Assembly: GCF_001194135.2 (NCBI RefSeq)
Contig: NC_069000.1
Location: 26,053,842-26,088,946, forward strand
DNA from: Octopus bimaculoides
Lineage: Eukaryota
Direction: 5' to 3'
Length of the DNA stretch: 35,105 nt
Shown here: positions 10,612-22,067 of the stretch, in pieces
How the letters are laid out: each line of letters opens with the position of its first letter
How positions within the stretch are numbered: the first letter of the stretch is position 1
Notes under the pieces: model-generated
The model's database searches: none
What the model saw: only the letters and a program-made list of their open reading frames with translations
Told to the model about the DNA's origin: nothing
Program-made: the position numbers and the translations under genes

Positions 10612-10689
10612 TTATTCGTGCTTTCTTCAATTGAAGCGGCTCGTTGTTTAGATAACATCTGAGTCGTTGCATTCTCAGTTCTATTTCCG

Positions 10690-10787
10690 TCTTTTTATTC
10701 TTTCGGGACCAATAAAATAAAGTAGTAGTCAAATACTGGGATCGATTTAATAAACATTTCTTCCATAAGTTTATGACACAGCGCCTA
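10690..10787 (+). mobile_element. SINE family B 3' fragment, diverged
   Basis: tttattctttcgggaccaataaaataaagtagtagtcaaatactgggatcgatttaat resembles the family B central block. Confidence 0.5.
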
Positions 10788-11187
10788 TATCTGACATAAT
10801 TACTTAGATTATATTTTCATAACTAAACCATCCAGTAAGTTATATGTGATCTCTTTATCAGCAAGGGTCATTTTGATAGATGTAAATATTAACATGGTTG
10901 TTTTATATGTATATTTACTTACTAATAAATGTTCAACAATCAAAGAGAAATAACAATCACAACAGACTGATTTATTGAACCAGCTTCCATTAAATGTCAT
11001 TTATGCGCATTAAATATCAGCTAAGTCCCACGGTATGCATGTGAACATTGAATGCGTTTTTTCTTGTATGTTCCAACATGCTTTCACTATTCCATTTTAG
11101 GTATATGTCTATGATGCATATATGAATGCATGCTTGTATGTATACACACATACACACACGCACACATACACGCGCACACGCACACGC

Positions 11188-11227
<40 letters not shown>

Positions 11228-11844
11228 TCAGGACTCAATTAAAATGTAGAATATTCTTTATTTGATACGTTATAACTGAAAGGCTCCAATTTCCAATGCT
11301 CTTCGATCATCAGCTGGTAGACCGAACCTGGTTTTCTTTTGATTGTCCACTGCCTGAATATTTTACGAAATATGAAATGAGAGTTTGAAGGAAATACTTA
11401 TCTTCATATACATAAAACAATGATACCATGTTAATATTTATATCTGTCAAAATGACACGTGCTGATAATGAGATCGCCTATGACTGACTGGATCGTTTAT
11501 AAACCTTTTGGAACGACACGGACGAAAATGGTTGCTTTAAGCTCACGTTTGGACTTCATTTCTGGTTGTCGTAGTAGTATTATAAGCGTACTATTAACTC
11601 CAAACAATCGAAGTCATTGAACTGCATTGATGTTTAAGTAATGTTCTAAAGTAATACTTTTAAGTAATATTTTTCAATTAACACATTTAATGTTTTTATA
11701 AACAATGAGTGTACATTCGGGTTTCATTTTGCATACACCTGTGCAGATGCATATAAATACCCATAGACATATATATATACTAAATTATATATTCATGCAT
11801 TCATATTTACATACACATGTTTAAATACCTTAAATACACACACG

Positions 11845-12032
11845 CACTTGCTGATAGATCGCTGTACACTACACACATTTCTTTCTCTCCTTGTTTCTTT
11901 CTGTGTTCCTTTCTGTTGAAGAGCGTATGCTCGAAACGTTAAAGACTTTCTCTATTCCCGAGCGTTATACTAATACAGCCATTTGTTGTCTACACCACCT
12001 GTCTTAGTTTGTTGTTGTTTTTTCGTGAATTC

Positions 12033-12045
<13 letters not shown>
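11845..12045 (+). mobile_element. Short PLE pLTR-like repeat carrying a hammerhead motif
   Basis: Pyrimidine-rich lead-in, hammerhead motif at 11909-11944, and an end in (TA)n. The PLE assignment is inferred from the motif type. Confidence 0.55.
11909..11944 (+). ncRNA. Minimal type-I hammerhead ribozyme with a CUGUUGA core variant
   Basis: cttt CTGTTGA a gagc gtat gctc GAAA cgt t aaag. Stem I is cttt/aaag, stem II is gagc/gctc, stem III is the palindrome ACGT, and the predicted cleavage is after 11940. Confidence 0.7.
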
Positions 12046-12067
<22 letters not shown>

Positions 12068-12080
12068 TCCAATATATATA

Positions 12081-12270
12081 TACTCCAATAAAGTTAGGGG
12101 TTGTGAATCCAACCCACTAAGGGATAATATCTATCCAATATACTGCCGGAAGGATACCCAATTATTACTACACTAGTGTTTTTACCAAGTGCAATAAATG
12201 GGTTGACATAATACATTGTCTGCAAGTTGATGAGTACCACATATTCCCCTCCATTTTCTTATTGCTATAT
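12081..12270 (+). repeat. Dispersed repeat, block A (12093-12203) plus block B (about 12204-12270), homologous to 28440-28648
   Basis: gttaggggttg(t/a)gaatccaacccactaagggataatatctatccaatatactg... is shared; block B is present as its reverse complement at 28581-28648. Confidence 0.85.
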
Positions 12271-12487
12271 ATATATATANNNNNNNNNNNNNNNNNNNNN
12301 NNNNNNNNNNNNNNNNNNNNNNNNNNNNNNNNNNNNNTATCTAAAAAAATGAATTTTGATTTATAATTTTCTCAGAGATATTTAACATGTTTCGGTTCTT
12401 GAAAAAACGAACCTTATCAAAAATACATATTTAAAAGAAAAGTTCATAATTGTTCCTTACTGGTATCAACATAGTCCATATATATAT

Positions 12488-12876
12488 ACTCTTTTACTCC
12501 TTTACTTGTTTCAGTCATTTGACTGCGGTCATGCTGGAGCACCGCCTTTAGTCGAACAAATCGACCCCAGGACTTATTCTTTGTAAGCCTAGTACTTATT
12601 CTATCGGTCTCTTTTGCCGAACTGCTAAGTTACGAGGATGTAAACACACCAGCATCGGTTCTCAAGCGATGTTGGGGGGACAAACACAGACACACAAACA
12701 TATAGACATAAACATATATACATATATACGACGGGCTTCTTTCAGTTTCCGTCTACCAAATCCACTCACAAGGCTTTGGTCGGCCCGAGGATATAGTAGA
12801 AGACACTTGTCCAAGGTGCCACGCAGTGGGACTGAACCCGGAACAAGCTACTTACCACACAGCCACTCCTACACCT
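12488..12876 (-). mobile_element. SINE family A, essentially full-length and young-looking copy
   Basis: Head at the 12876 end, CORE-like block, middle, and a 3' tail ggcggtgctccagcatgaccgcagtcaaatgactgaaacaagtaaaggagtaaaagagt. Confidence 0.9.
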
Positions 12877-13484
12877 ATATATATAACTTTTGAAACATTT
12901 CGAAAACCAGCGGTTTTGGGAGGGTTTTTCCGAGCCGGAACGAAATTCAAGGTGGCTAGGATTTGTATAAAAGATGCTTAGTCACATGGGTACAAGGCGT
13001 TAACAGTCAATTTCTTTCGTTCAAATTATTGGTACTTTGAGTCAAAATTCTCAGTTTTTTACTCAAAGGTCACACCACATCTTTGATTTCAAGATCCCGT
13101 TCCTGTAAGGCTGCTCATTATCTACAATAGCGCAGATAATTTTAAATTGATGAAGACTTAATGAAGAAACATATAAACTTCGATAAAGCCGTAACACATT
13201 TTTTGGGTTCAACAAATGAATGTTTATGCTTATACTATATCGATTTTTTAATGCGTGAGCTTGAAGTAGCCGTTTTCGCACGTGTCATTCACAGAGGTTT
13301 TTAAAAGAAAGAACATAAGGATAAGCGTTTCCTTCAAGCTTTCGTTTCATATTTCGAAAAAATATTCAGATGGTGGATATTCAAAAGAAAACTAGACTCG
13401 GTTTACCAGCTGGTGGTCACAAACGAATGACTCTAAGTACTGAAAATCGGAGTCATTCAGTTGCAATGTAATACACTTACATAC

Positions 13485-13560
13485 ATACAGACAGACATAC
13501 AGACAGACAGACATGCATGCATACATACATACATGCATACATACATACATACATACATAC
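13485..13560. repeat. (CAGA)/(CATG)/(CATA)n compound microsatellite next to a gap
   Basis: Direct reading. Confidence 0.85.
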
Positions 13561-13744
13561 NNNNNNNNNNNNNNNNNNNNNNNNNNNNNNNNNNNNNNNN
13601 NNNNNNNNNNNNNNNNNNNNNNNNNNNNNNNNNNNNNNNNNNNNNNNNNNNNNNNNNNNNTCAAACACATGTAAACCAGCACGAACACAGAAGCACACAC
13701 TCGCATATAGGAACACACACATACTTATATATACAGTTAAAACA

Positions 13745-13940
13745 TTTCTGTCACAGGGGACCTTGAAGACTGCTAGAAAGCAGGAAAGTATACTAGTCCT
13801 TATATATTTAATATTCAATATTTCATTTATTCAATAAGACATTCAATACTTCATTTCATTTTACTATATATACTATATATTCCACATTCTATATCCCACA
13901 TTAATTTTATAAGAATATAAATAAAACATAAAAACAGAGT
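13745..13940 (+). mobile_element. PLE pLTR-like repeat (hammerhead plus downstream segment homologous to 1-200)
   Basis: Hammerhead motif plus an internal homologue at the window start. Confidence 0.6.
13758..13799 (+). ncRNA. Minimal type-I hammerhead ribozyme, one extra U in the core
   Basis: ggac CTTGAAGA ctgc tagaaa gcag GAAA gtatac t a gtcc. Stem I is ggac/gtcc, stem II is ctgc/gcag, stem III is the palindrome AGTATACT, the triplet is CUA, and the predicted cleavage is after 13795. Confidence 0.75.
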
Positions 13941-13959
13941 TGGAATTCTTTTGAATAAT

Positions 13960-14344
13960 ATATATATCAACAATAATAATAATAAGGATTATTATGAAGT
14001 GGCATAGCATTACCTGTAATATGTACATTGTAGTAAAATGGGTTCTTCCCACTCGTGTGATGTGTGACTGCCGTTGTACTGTAGTTGCACAATAGATTAC
14101 TAGTTATCAGATACCGTTGTATCTCTTCGCACCGGAATAGTAATATACTAACTTCTGTCATACTATCGCTGATAGCTCCACAAGACACCGACTAGAACTG
14201 TCGACTCTCAACACTCCAGCTCTCGACCCTGTTTTGACGACCGGCTATTGGTCTGTTTATAATGGCTGCTTCTACCACTTTTTACCGGGTGGGGTATACG
14301 GTTTCACTGCTTTATTTAACAATCAATTTCTTTTATTCACCCCA
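13960..14344 (-). repeat. 3' LTR of the Gypsy element
   Basis: Starts with TG at 14339 or 14344 right after a polypurine tract; TATAAA at 14256-14261 on the minus strand; 13967-14225 is repeated at 15776-16054. The exact distal end is uncertain because it runs into (TA)n. Confidence 0.75.
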
Positions 14345-14361
14345 CCTCCTCCTTCTTTTCT
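14345..14361 (-). promoter_or_regulatory. Polypurine tract (PPT)
   Basis: Minus strand agaaaagaaggaggagg, between the integrase stop (14369) and the LTR TG. Confidence 0.7.
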
Positions 14362-14368
14362 TATATAC

Positions 14369-15400
14369 TCAATGTCTTTTCTTCTTAGGATCTGCTTTTA
14401 GGAATTCAGTGTTCTTCCTTTTCCCTGTACGTGTAGTTTTGACTTCTTGTAATGGTGTTGGAACCTGAAAAGTGTCATATAGCCAATCCATCGGTATTTC
14501 TACTCTTGTTCGTTCCTTTTCCATGACTCTTTCGTTAAGCTGATTTCTCTGTCTCCTTTCCATTCCATTTATGCTTCTTACACCGTACATCATTCTTCCT
14601 ATGTGTGTTACAATTTCTCCTTCCCAGTATTCCTTGCCAGTTTTGTACGTTCTTACATATATCTTATCACTGATGCTAAAGAATTTTAGCATGTCTTTAC
14701 TAGCACGTATTTTTTTCTTCACTGGTAGCAGTTTATCGAATACTGACTTCACCTTTCTGGCAAACATTAATTCTGCTGGTGAACTTCCTTCTGGCGCATT
14801 TGGATTTGAAGTTACCCTGTATACTCTTAAGAATTGCTGGATCGCGACCTCGTCTGTGGCTTTCTTTAAAGCTCTCTTAAAGTGTCCACGAACCGTTCAG
14901 CCCGTCCATTTGATCTAGGGTGATACGGTGCTATAGTGTTGTTCTAACGTGAACATCTCGCAGAATCTTTTAAACTCACAGGATACAATTATATCCAGTA
15001 CACCAAATCTTGCGAACAACTCGTATAAGAAGTTTATTACTGTATATGAGGTTGGTCGTTTGCATCTCGTGACCTCAGGCCATTTTGTGTAGCTGTCCGC
15101 TACTAATAAGTAATAATATCCATTTAGCAGGCCTACAAAATCGATATGCAAACGGGACCATGGTATTTTCACTTCCGGTCAAGGTTCATAGTTTGTAGTA
15201 GATAGTTTCACTGACAGCACACATCCCCTGCAGCCTTTTACCAGGTTTTCAACTTCCTTGTCCATACTTGGCCAGTATACGAAACTTCGCATCAACGCTT
15301 TCATTCTAAAGATGCCTGGGTGTCCCACATGGAACTCTTTTAGCATTCTCTTATGTAATGTCTGTGGTATGACCACCCTTCTGAGCATACATTAGTACAC
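14369..15400 (-). pseudogene. Gypsy integrase, disrupted
   Basis: ORF-track pieces 15179-15388, 14915-15172 and 14369-14767; the second catalytic DNG motif appears deleted. Confidence 0.85.
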
Positions 15401-15685
15401 CATCACATATAGAGTAACCTGCTCACATTTTGGCGGTCCTTTACTCCAGATCTTTCTTTATTTCCTTTTGTCGACCACAGTTTTCTTTTTGACTCATTAA
15501 TAAATTTATCATTTCTCGCATTTCTTTTTATTTCTTCCAAAGTTACTGGTAGTTCACTTTTTTGTTTCCGCTTCCGCTCCAAGCGCTGCTATTACGGTGT
15601 CCTCCAATGGCTCGTTATTTCTCGGAATTAACATAGACAGACTATCGGCATGCCCCAACTGTTTTGAAGGCAGATATTCCTTTCT

Positions 15686-15717
15686 ACATATATACGTACG
15701 TGTGTGTGTGTATTATA

Positions 15718-15773
<56 letters not shown>

Positions 15774-16056
15774 TATCAACAATAATAATAATAAGGATTA
15801 TTACGAAGTGGCATAGCATTACTTTTAATATGTACATTGTTGTAAAGTGGGTTCCTCCCATTGGCGTGATGTGTGACTCCCGTTGTAAAGTAGTTGCTGT
15901 TTTACGCTAGTAGCTGCAATAGTTACTGGTCATCGGATAACCTTGTATCTCTTCGTACCGGAATAGTAATACACTAATTTATTCTGCTTTACTATCGCTG
16001 ATAGCTCCACAAGACACCGACTAGAATTGTCGACTCTCAACTCTCCGACTCTCGGG
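15686..16056 (-). mobile_element. Inserted partial LTR (R-U5-like, lacking U3) plus (TA)n inside the Gypsy RNase H region
   Basis: 15776-16054 aligns with 13967-14225; the insert is flanked by attcctttct at 15676-15685 and 16057-16066. Confidence 0.75.
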
Positions 16057-17447
16057 ATTCCTTTCTGGGATCCGTATATCGTTATTAGAGGTCTATGGTC
16101 CGCTTGCAACCAAAAACGTCTGTCGTGAATGAATCTGAGGAACTTTTTCACGCCAGATATAATAACTAACCCCTCTTTCTCAGTCTGCCTATATCTCTTT
16201 TCTGCCGGCAATAATGTCCTTGATGTATGAGCTATGGCCGTTCTCCTGCCATCGTTATTGTTGTGTAGGAGCTCGGTTTCTATCCCATACTCGCTAGCAT
16301 CTATAGCTAGTATTATCTCTAACTTTGAGTCGAAATGCATAAGATACAAGTCTGAAGTTAACGCATCTTTTAATTCATTAAATGCTTTCTGGCGTTTCTC
16401 TGTCCAATCCCATTTGGCATTTTTGTAATAATTCATTAAGTGGTGCCTTTACCTTATGTGCATTTGGGATATACATTTGGTAATAATTTACCAAGCCTAA
16501 GAATTGTCACATTCGTCGGGAGCGGCATATTTCGTATTACCGTCGCCCTTGATGGGTCCGGTCTGCGTCCACTTTCATCGATTACTTGACGTAGGTATTT
16601 TACTTTTCCTATCAAAAATTCGTATTTTTCTTCTGTCAGTTTAGCCCGTATTCACTTATTCTCTTGAATACTTTATTTGTTCGACGTGTTGCACTCGAGA
16701 CTCGCTCTTTATCAAAATGTCATCGAGGTATGCGATGGCGAAGGTGCAATCACTTAACATCGCATCCATTAATTATTGGAATATGGCGGGTGCTACTTTT
16801 ACTCCAAACGGCAGTAGTTTGAACTTGTACAATCGGCGATGTATGTTGATTGTTAGTCGATGTGTGCAATCTCTCTAACAGAATTTGAAGGTAAGCATCT
16901 GAGAAATTTTTTCCGTTGTTTAGTTTAGCAAATACTTCTTCTGGGCTTAGTAGTGGATAATTGTGTGTGAATAAACAGTCGTTTAATCCCACTGAGAAGT
17001 CTGCGCACACTCTTAGTTTATTGTTCTTTCTCTACGTGGACCGCCGGTGCTGCTCAGTCTGCAAGGTCAATCTTTTCAATTATATTCAGACTTTCCAACC
17101 TTTCTAATTCTTTATTGATCTGGTCTATCGCCGCAAACGGTACCTTCCGTTTGGGTCTGAAAGTAGGTGTTGAATTTTCTTTGATAGCAATCCTTGCTTT
17201 TGTTTTTGTGCAACAGCCTAAACCTTTCTAAAAAAAATTTGGGACAGTTTCTTTCAATTTTTGTCTCAATTCATCGACCTCGTTCAATCGTTTGACCGCT
17301 CCGTTTACGTTAGTGCACAAAACGCTAATGGGTTTATCTCATAAATTAAATTTCTCCATACATTCGGTACCAAATAAATTCTGGATTTTTCAGCACATAA
17401 AAATGCAGTTTTTGGCGTCGTCCTGTCCACTTCGTTGTGGCTTAAAG
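16057..17447 (-). pseudogene. Gypsy reverse transcriptase and RNase H, disrupted
   Basis: ORF-track pieces 16750-17010 and 15930-16436, plus hand translation of neighbouring frames. Confidence 0.88.
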
Positions 17448-17716
17448 NNNNNNNNNNNNNNNNNNNNNNNNNNNNNNNNNNNNNNNNNNNNNNNNNNNNN
17501 NNNNNNNNNNNNNNNNNNNNNNNNNNNNNNNNNNNNNNNNNNNNNNNNNNNNNNNNNNNNNNNNNNNNNNNNNNNNNNNNNNNNNTCATTGTTGAACTTG
17601 TTGAATTTTTGCTGTTATGTTTCCTCTATTGAGGGGGTGAATAATTGGTGGGGGGGTCCCTTTTAAGAGGCGAAAATAATTATTTTTAAAATATTGACTG
17701 TTTAAAAGAATTTATT

Positions 17717-18746
17717 ATGGAACAAATATTGTTGGATATGGCAGACGTGTCAGAATCGTCGAACGATTCTGAATTATCATGTGAAAAGTTCAAAGCGCTG
17801 CTTGGTAATTCAAAAATTAGAAAGCAAAGGAAAAACCTATTAATTTCGTCCAGGTTACAGCTGCGAGTTCCAAAGCAGCTGAAGTAGATCTTTCTGAATT
17901 AATAAAGGTAGGAAATAATGTAGTCCTAACTCTGCCTACTGATGTTTTACACACAACTAAGCAGAGAACCATTATTTATAAAATTTTTAACGTAATGGAG
18001 AAAAGAATTATGTCGGCACCTAACGTGCAAGTGGAGAAATGTTTACAGCCGATATGGAGAGAAACGTCATACGTCGGTAAATGCAAACGGTATGCCACCG
18101 TGGAAGTACAGTTTCCCATCGAGGAAATATCGAGAAAGCACTCAACGAAGCCGTTAAAGTCACTTGAAATTGTTCTCTTCCTCACTTGTCTTGGAAAACG
18201 GACATCAAAACTGAGAGTGGAAGAAATTCCACCAGAAGTAAATGTAGACTGGCTGATAGCGGCCTTCGTCTTCATGCAAGAGGAAAAAATTAACATTTTA
18301 CAGGCAAAGAAGTTCCCTACTCAGAACTAGAAAGGACAAGCTAAAACGGAAGTCTTAGAAGAGATTCCAAATCAGATCATAATCAGCGACGGAGTCTGCA
18401 TGAAGGTGATAGTGGACGGGAGGAAGCCGAGGTGTTTTAAATGTGGCCAGAAAGACCACCTACAACTAATCCCCCTTCTACCGCAGCCGCAGAAACAACC
18501 AAACCAACAGCAGCAGCAGTAACAGCTAGCACGCAGTCAACAGGAGCCGTCACCAAAATATCAGCAGCAGTAGCAGCAGCGGCAGTGGTGATAGCGGCGA
18601 TCAAGCCAGCAGTGGCGACGGTGGCAGCAACTAAGCAGTCAGCAGCAGCAGTAGTAGCAGTGAGCAAAGCATCAGCAACAGCAGCAGCGGCAGTAGCAGA
18701 AACAGCAGCAACTGAAGGAACTACTGACGTCCCAGAACAAACGTAG
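17717..18746 (+). pseudogene. Tx1-type ORF1 (RNA-binding region, CCHC knuckle, low-complexity tail), disrupted
   Basis: Candidate ATG at 17717; ORF-track piece 17995-18330; CFKCGQKDH at about 18440-18460. Confidence 0.7.
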
Positions 18747-19534
18747 TGGACAGTAATCTCTTTTTAAAAAGGGAAAAAGAGGAGTTCCACAAATTTACCC
18801 AAGTGCATGCCGGCCAAGACACCACAAGCCACTCTCCATCGTCCACCCTTTGTCCCTCCACCAAAAAACTCACCATGCCACGCCCCAACCCTCGCTGGGG
18901 AAAAAACTCTGACCCTTCAACGCAGTCCACACCATCTACCGTGCGTCCAAGGCCCTTGTCTACACCCTAACCCTCTCCAACAAAATGTTNNNNNNNNNNC
19001 GTAGTGGACAGTAATCTCTTTTTAAAAAGGGAAAAAGAGGAGTTCCACAAATTTACCCAAGTGCATGCCGGCCAAGACACCACAAGCCACTCTCCATCGT
19101 CCACCCTTTGTCCCTCCACCAAAAAACTCACCATGCCACGCCCCAACCCTCGCTGGGGAAAAAACTCTGACCCTTCAACGCAGTCCACACCATCTACCGT
19201 GCGTCCAAGGCCCTTGTCTACACCCTAACCCTCTCCAACAAAATGTTGCCCGCCTTGCGCGGATCTATTTGATGAAGGTATCTCAGTGTTTTACACTGAA
19301 GATGCCTCCTTCAGAAAAACAGAACTACCACTTTTTCAAAGTGCAACGAACATGGCACATAACGTTAGAAGAACGTTACCCAAATTGGATCGGGCCGTGA
19401 AGCAAGGGGTTCCGGCCAGACATTTTTCAAAATTGGTTGAAATCTCACCACACCCCACAAGAGAAGAGGAAGGAAGGGGAAGGGAACAGGTAACTCTCTC
19501 CCGAAGAAACATTAATTAAATTCTAAGTACCCTT

Positions 19535-22067
19535 ATGGCTTCCTTAAAAATTGTTGTTTGAATGTGCGTTGCCTGGGTTCGGTCTGGAAGCTTCCCCCTA
19601 GCCGAACTCCAGTCGCGTAATTTGGATGTTTTTGTCACCACAGACCAGAATGAGCTCGAACCCCAACAGAGTCGGGAACCCTCGTTTTAGAGATCTGCTT
19701 AGCAAGTTTCATCTAGCAGATCATTCCAAACTGGACTATTTGGATGCTCCACAGTACATGTGGGTGAATAGCGATGGGTCGTCCAGATCTTATCCAGACA
19801 AGTTATTTGTCAGGACCAGAGATAAGGATAGCGTTAGTTGTCCACAGTTTGACATAGTCCACTTCTCTGACCACCAATTGCTGGTCAGCAAGGTGGATTT
19901 AGATAAGATGATTAGTCAGGGACCTTGTTACTGGAAACTCAACAAGACGTTACTAGTACAGGAACCGGAATAAGGAACCTGTTACGAGGGCACTAACCGG
20001 TACCATTTAAAATAATAAATGGTGGTTAGCCCTCAAATGAGCCATCAAAATTGAATCGATTAGATTTAGCAAAGAGCAAGCGGCTAGAATGGCTAGAATA
20101 GAAGGGGATCTAGTTAAGATGCTAGATGAGGTATTGAGGGAAAGCTGTGCACCTAGAGTTTTAGCGGCGAGATTGGCGTTAGACCATTACCTCAATGCCA
20201 AACACGAAGGGTGCATAGTCAGAGCTAAGCTTCGTGCAATGGGACGAGAAAGAATCAACGTCGCCGAATGGGCCCGTGTGATAGAGACTCAATGTAGCAA
20301 CGATGCTGTAATTGGGTCCTTGACGGATCAATACGAGCGGTTGGTAGACGAACCCGATGAAATGTGTGAGGTTCTTCAGCAGCACTTTGCTCAACTCTTT
20401 GGGGGAAGCGGTGCATCGGATTTTAGGAGGGACCTTGCGGACATCCTCATCGGTGTGCCGTCACTCTCGGGGAAGGAAGTGGAGCGTTGTGAATGGCTGA
20501 TCACAGCCGCAGAGGTGGAGGACATCTTGGTCGACTGTGGAAAGGAAAAGTCACCGGGAAGAGATGGTCTACTCTACGAGTTGTACACAACGATGCCAGG
20601 CTTGTTTGGGCACCTACTGGCGAGCATTTTCACCAACTGGCAGCAGAATGGGCGAATACCCAATTCTGTTAGCCGAGGTGTGGTAGTGCTGATCAGAAAG
20701 GACCCAAAACAAGGGGCACAGGTTAGATAATTTTAGGCCCATCACTCTACTAAATGTAGAGTTGAAGATTTTGGCCAAAGCATTAGCGAAAAAGTTGACG
20801 CCGGTCGTCGATGGGCTTGTCGGGCAGGTGCAGACATGCGCCGTTCCAAGCAGGACCAGCCACGACAATCTTCACTTTATACGCTACACCATAGATAGAG
20901 CAAATAGAAGATATGTTTTAGGTGGGGCTTTGGTCCATTTAGACCAGTCTAAAGCATTCAATAGGGTGGACCACCAATACCAAGCAGCAGTCCTCGAAGC
21001 AGCCGGCTTTGGCCCGACCTTCTGTGCTTCTGTATCAAGCGCTCGGTTCGTCAAGGATGCCCCATTTCTCTTCTGCTCTATGTATTGACATTGGAGCCCT
21101 TACTGCGGAAGGTAGAGGCTTTGCAGGGCATTCCACGAGATCTCGGTTTCGGAGGAACTGTAACGGCATACACGGATATCACCATCATCGTATCCAGTGG
21201 CAACCACCTGCGACAAGTGGATGATGTGGTAAAGGAATACAAGTCGGTGGCAGGAGCCATGACAAGCCAGTCGGCTTGCAGCTCGGTACCTGGAGAGGCA
21301 AGTCGATGCTGTCATACAGCGTCGTGGGGCGTTGGACGGACGGTCCGGGGAAAATGTTAGGGGTCTGGTTTGGTCCAGACCTTCAGGTAGATAGAAACCG
21401 AGTGAGGGTGGCTGGCCTAACCCAGACCTGGTCTGGAAGGCAGCTGTCCCTGAAAGGGAAGGCGGAAGTGGCAAATGTATTTATCGAATCTGTCATTACC
21501 TGTCGCTTAACCGTTGTGCCTTGCCCGGATTCGTGGTTGGGCAAGATGGAGCGCCTACTCTTCCGCTTTTTATGGAGGGGCGGGGTTCCTCAAGTCCGAC
21601 GATCTATCTGTTGCCAACAACCGCTAAAGGGTGGGCTAGGTATGCTGTGGTTGAGGCTGAGGAAACTGGCGCTTCGACTTCGGCACCTCTGGCTCTACCT
21701 TGATGGTGAGCAGGTATGCTCTCCGTTTGTGAAGTTCTTTCTTCCACAGTTCACGTCTTTCAGTGAACTGGAACCGTGAATCAAGTGGAGAGCCAGGCTG
21801 GGTGAATGGCATGCAGAGTGCCGTGAGGCTCTCTGGCTCCTCTCCCGCAGGGACAATGTCGGCGGCGGCGGGGGGGGTCCACCTTGTCCTTCTATAGAGG
21901 GATGGTAGAGAGCGAATGCGACGACGACCTGGGGAGAAATCTGGACTTCAACGAACGTCAGCTTGCCAGCCAGTTTCGGAGAACGTTCGGGCCAAGACCT
22001 CTGGATAATTACCAGAAATCTCTGGTCTGGCAGTGCTACCAGGGGGCCCTATCCATTCGGGATAGGC
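19535..22067 (+). pseudogene. Tx1-type ORF2 (APE endonuclease plus RT), disrupted; APE internally deleted
   Basis: ATG at 19535; ORF-track pieces 19626-19973, 20089-20730, 20762-21088, 21085-21360, 21276-21779 and 21884 onward. Confidence 0.9.

Larger units (their letters stand above)
13960..17447 (-). mobile_element. Ty3/Gypsy LTR retrotransposon, decayed; 5' end lost in the N-gap
   Basis: Domain order RT-RH-INT on the minus strand: PKRKVPF..I..ELERL, CADFSVGLN, SDAYLQI, LPFGVK, AYLDD, FLGL.NYY, DASEYGI, EKEGL, ADHRPL, GHADSLS; HHCC zinc finger (H.GHPG...C.GC); HIDFVG, DSYTKWPEV. A PPT and a 3' LTR follow. Confidence 0.92.
17630..22067 (+). mobile_element. Tx1/L1-type LINE with decayed ORF1 and ORF2, 3'-truncated at (TG)n
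   Basis: ORF1 has LGKRTSKLRVEEIPPEV and the zinc knuckle GRKPRCFKCGQKDH. ORF2 has APE motifs (LNVR, SDH, GPCYWKLN) and RT motifs (KSPGRDGL, NFRPITLLNVELKILAK, LDQSKAFNRVDH, VRQGCP, LSLKGK, FLWRG, KGGLGM). Confidence 0.9.

Noticed and set aside
13050-13330. Possible mariner N-terminal remnant on the minus strand (ICAI...RNG.DLEIKD)
   Set aside because: It needs several frameshifts and has too few conserved residues and no TIR.
18441-18746. Ala/Thr-rich or poly-Gln ORF as a host gene
   Set aside because: It lies directly after the Tx1 ORF1 zinc knuckle and is part of the retroelement.
18742-19247. Identical 248-bp tandem duplication (18742-18989 and 19000-19247)
   Set aside because: The copies look identical and sit exactly on either side of a 10-N gap, the signature of an unmerged contig overlap. 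It is probably an assembly artefact.
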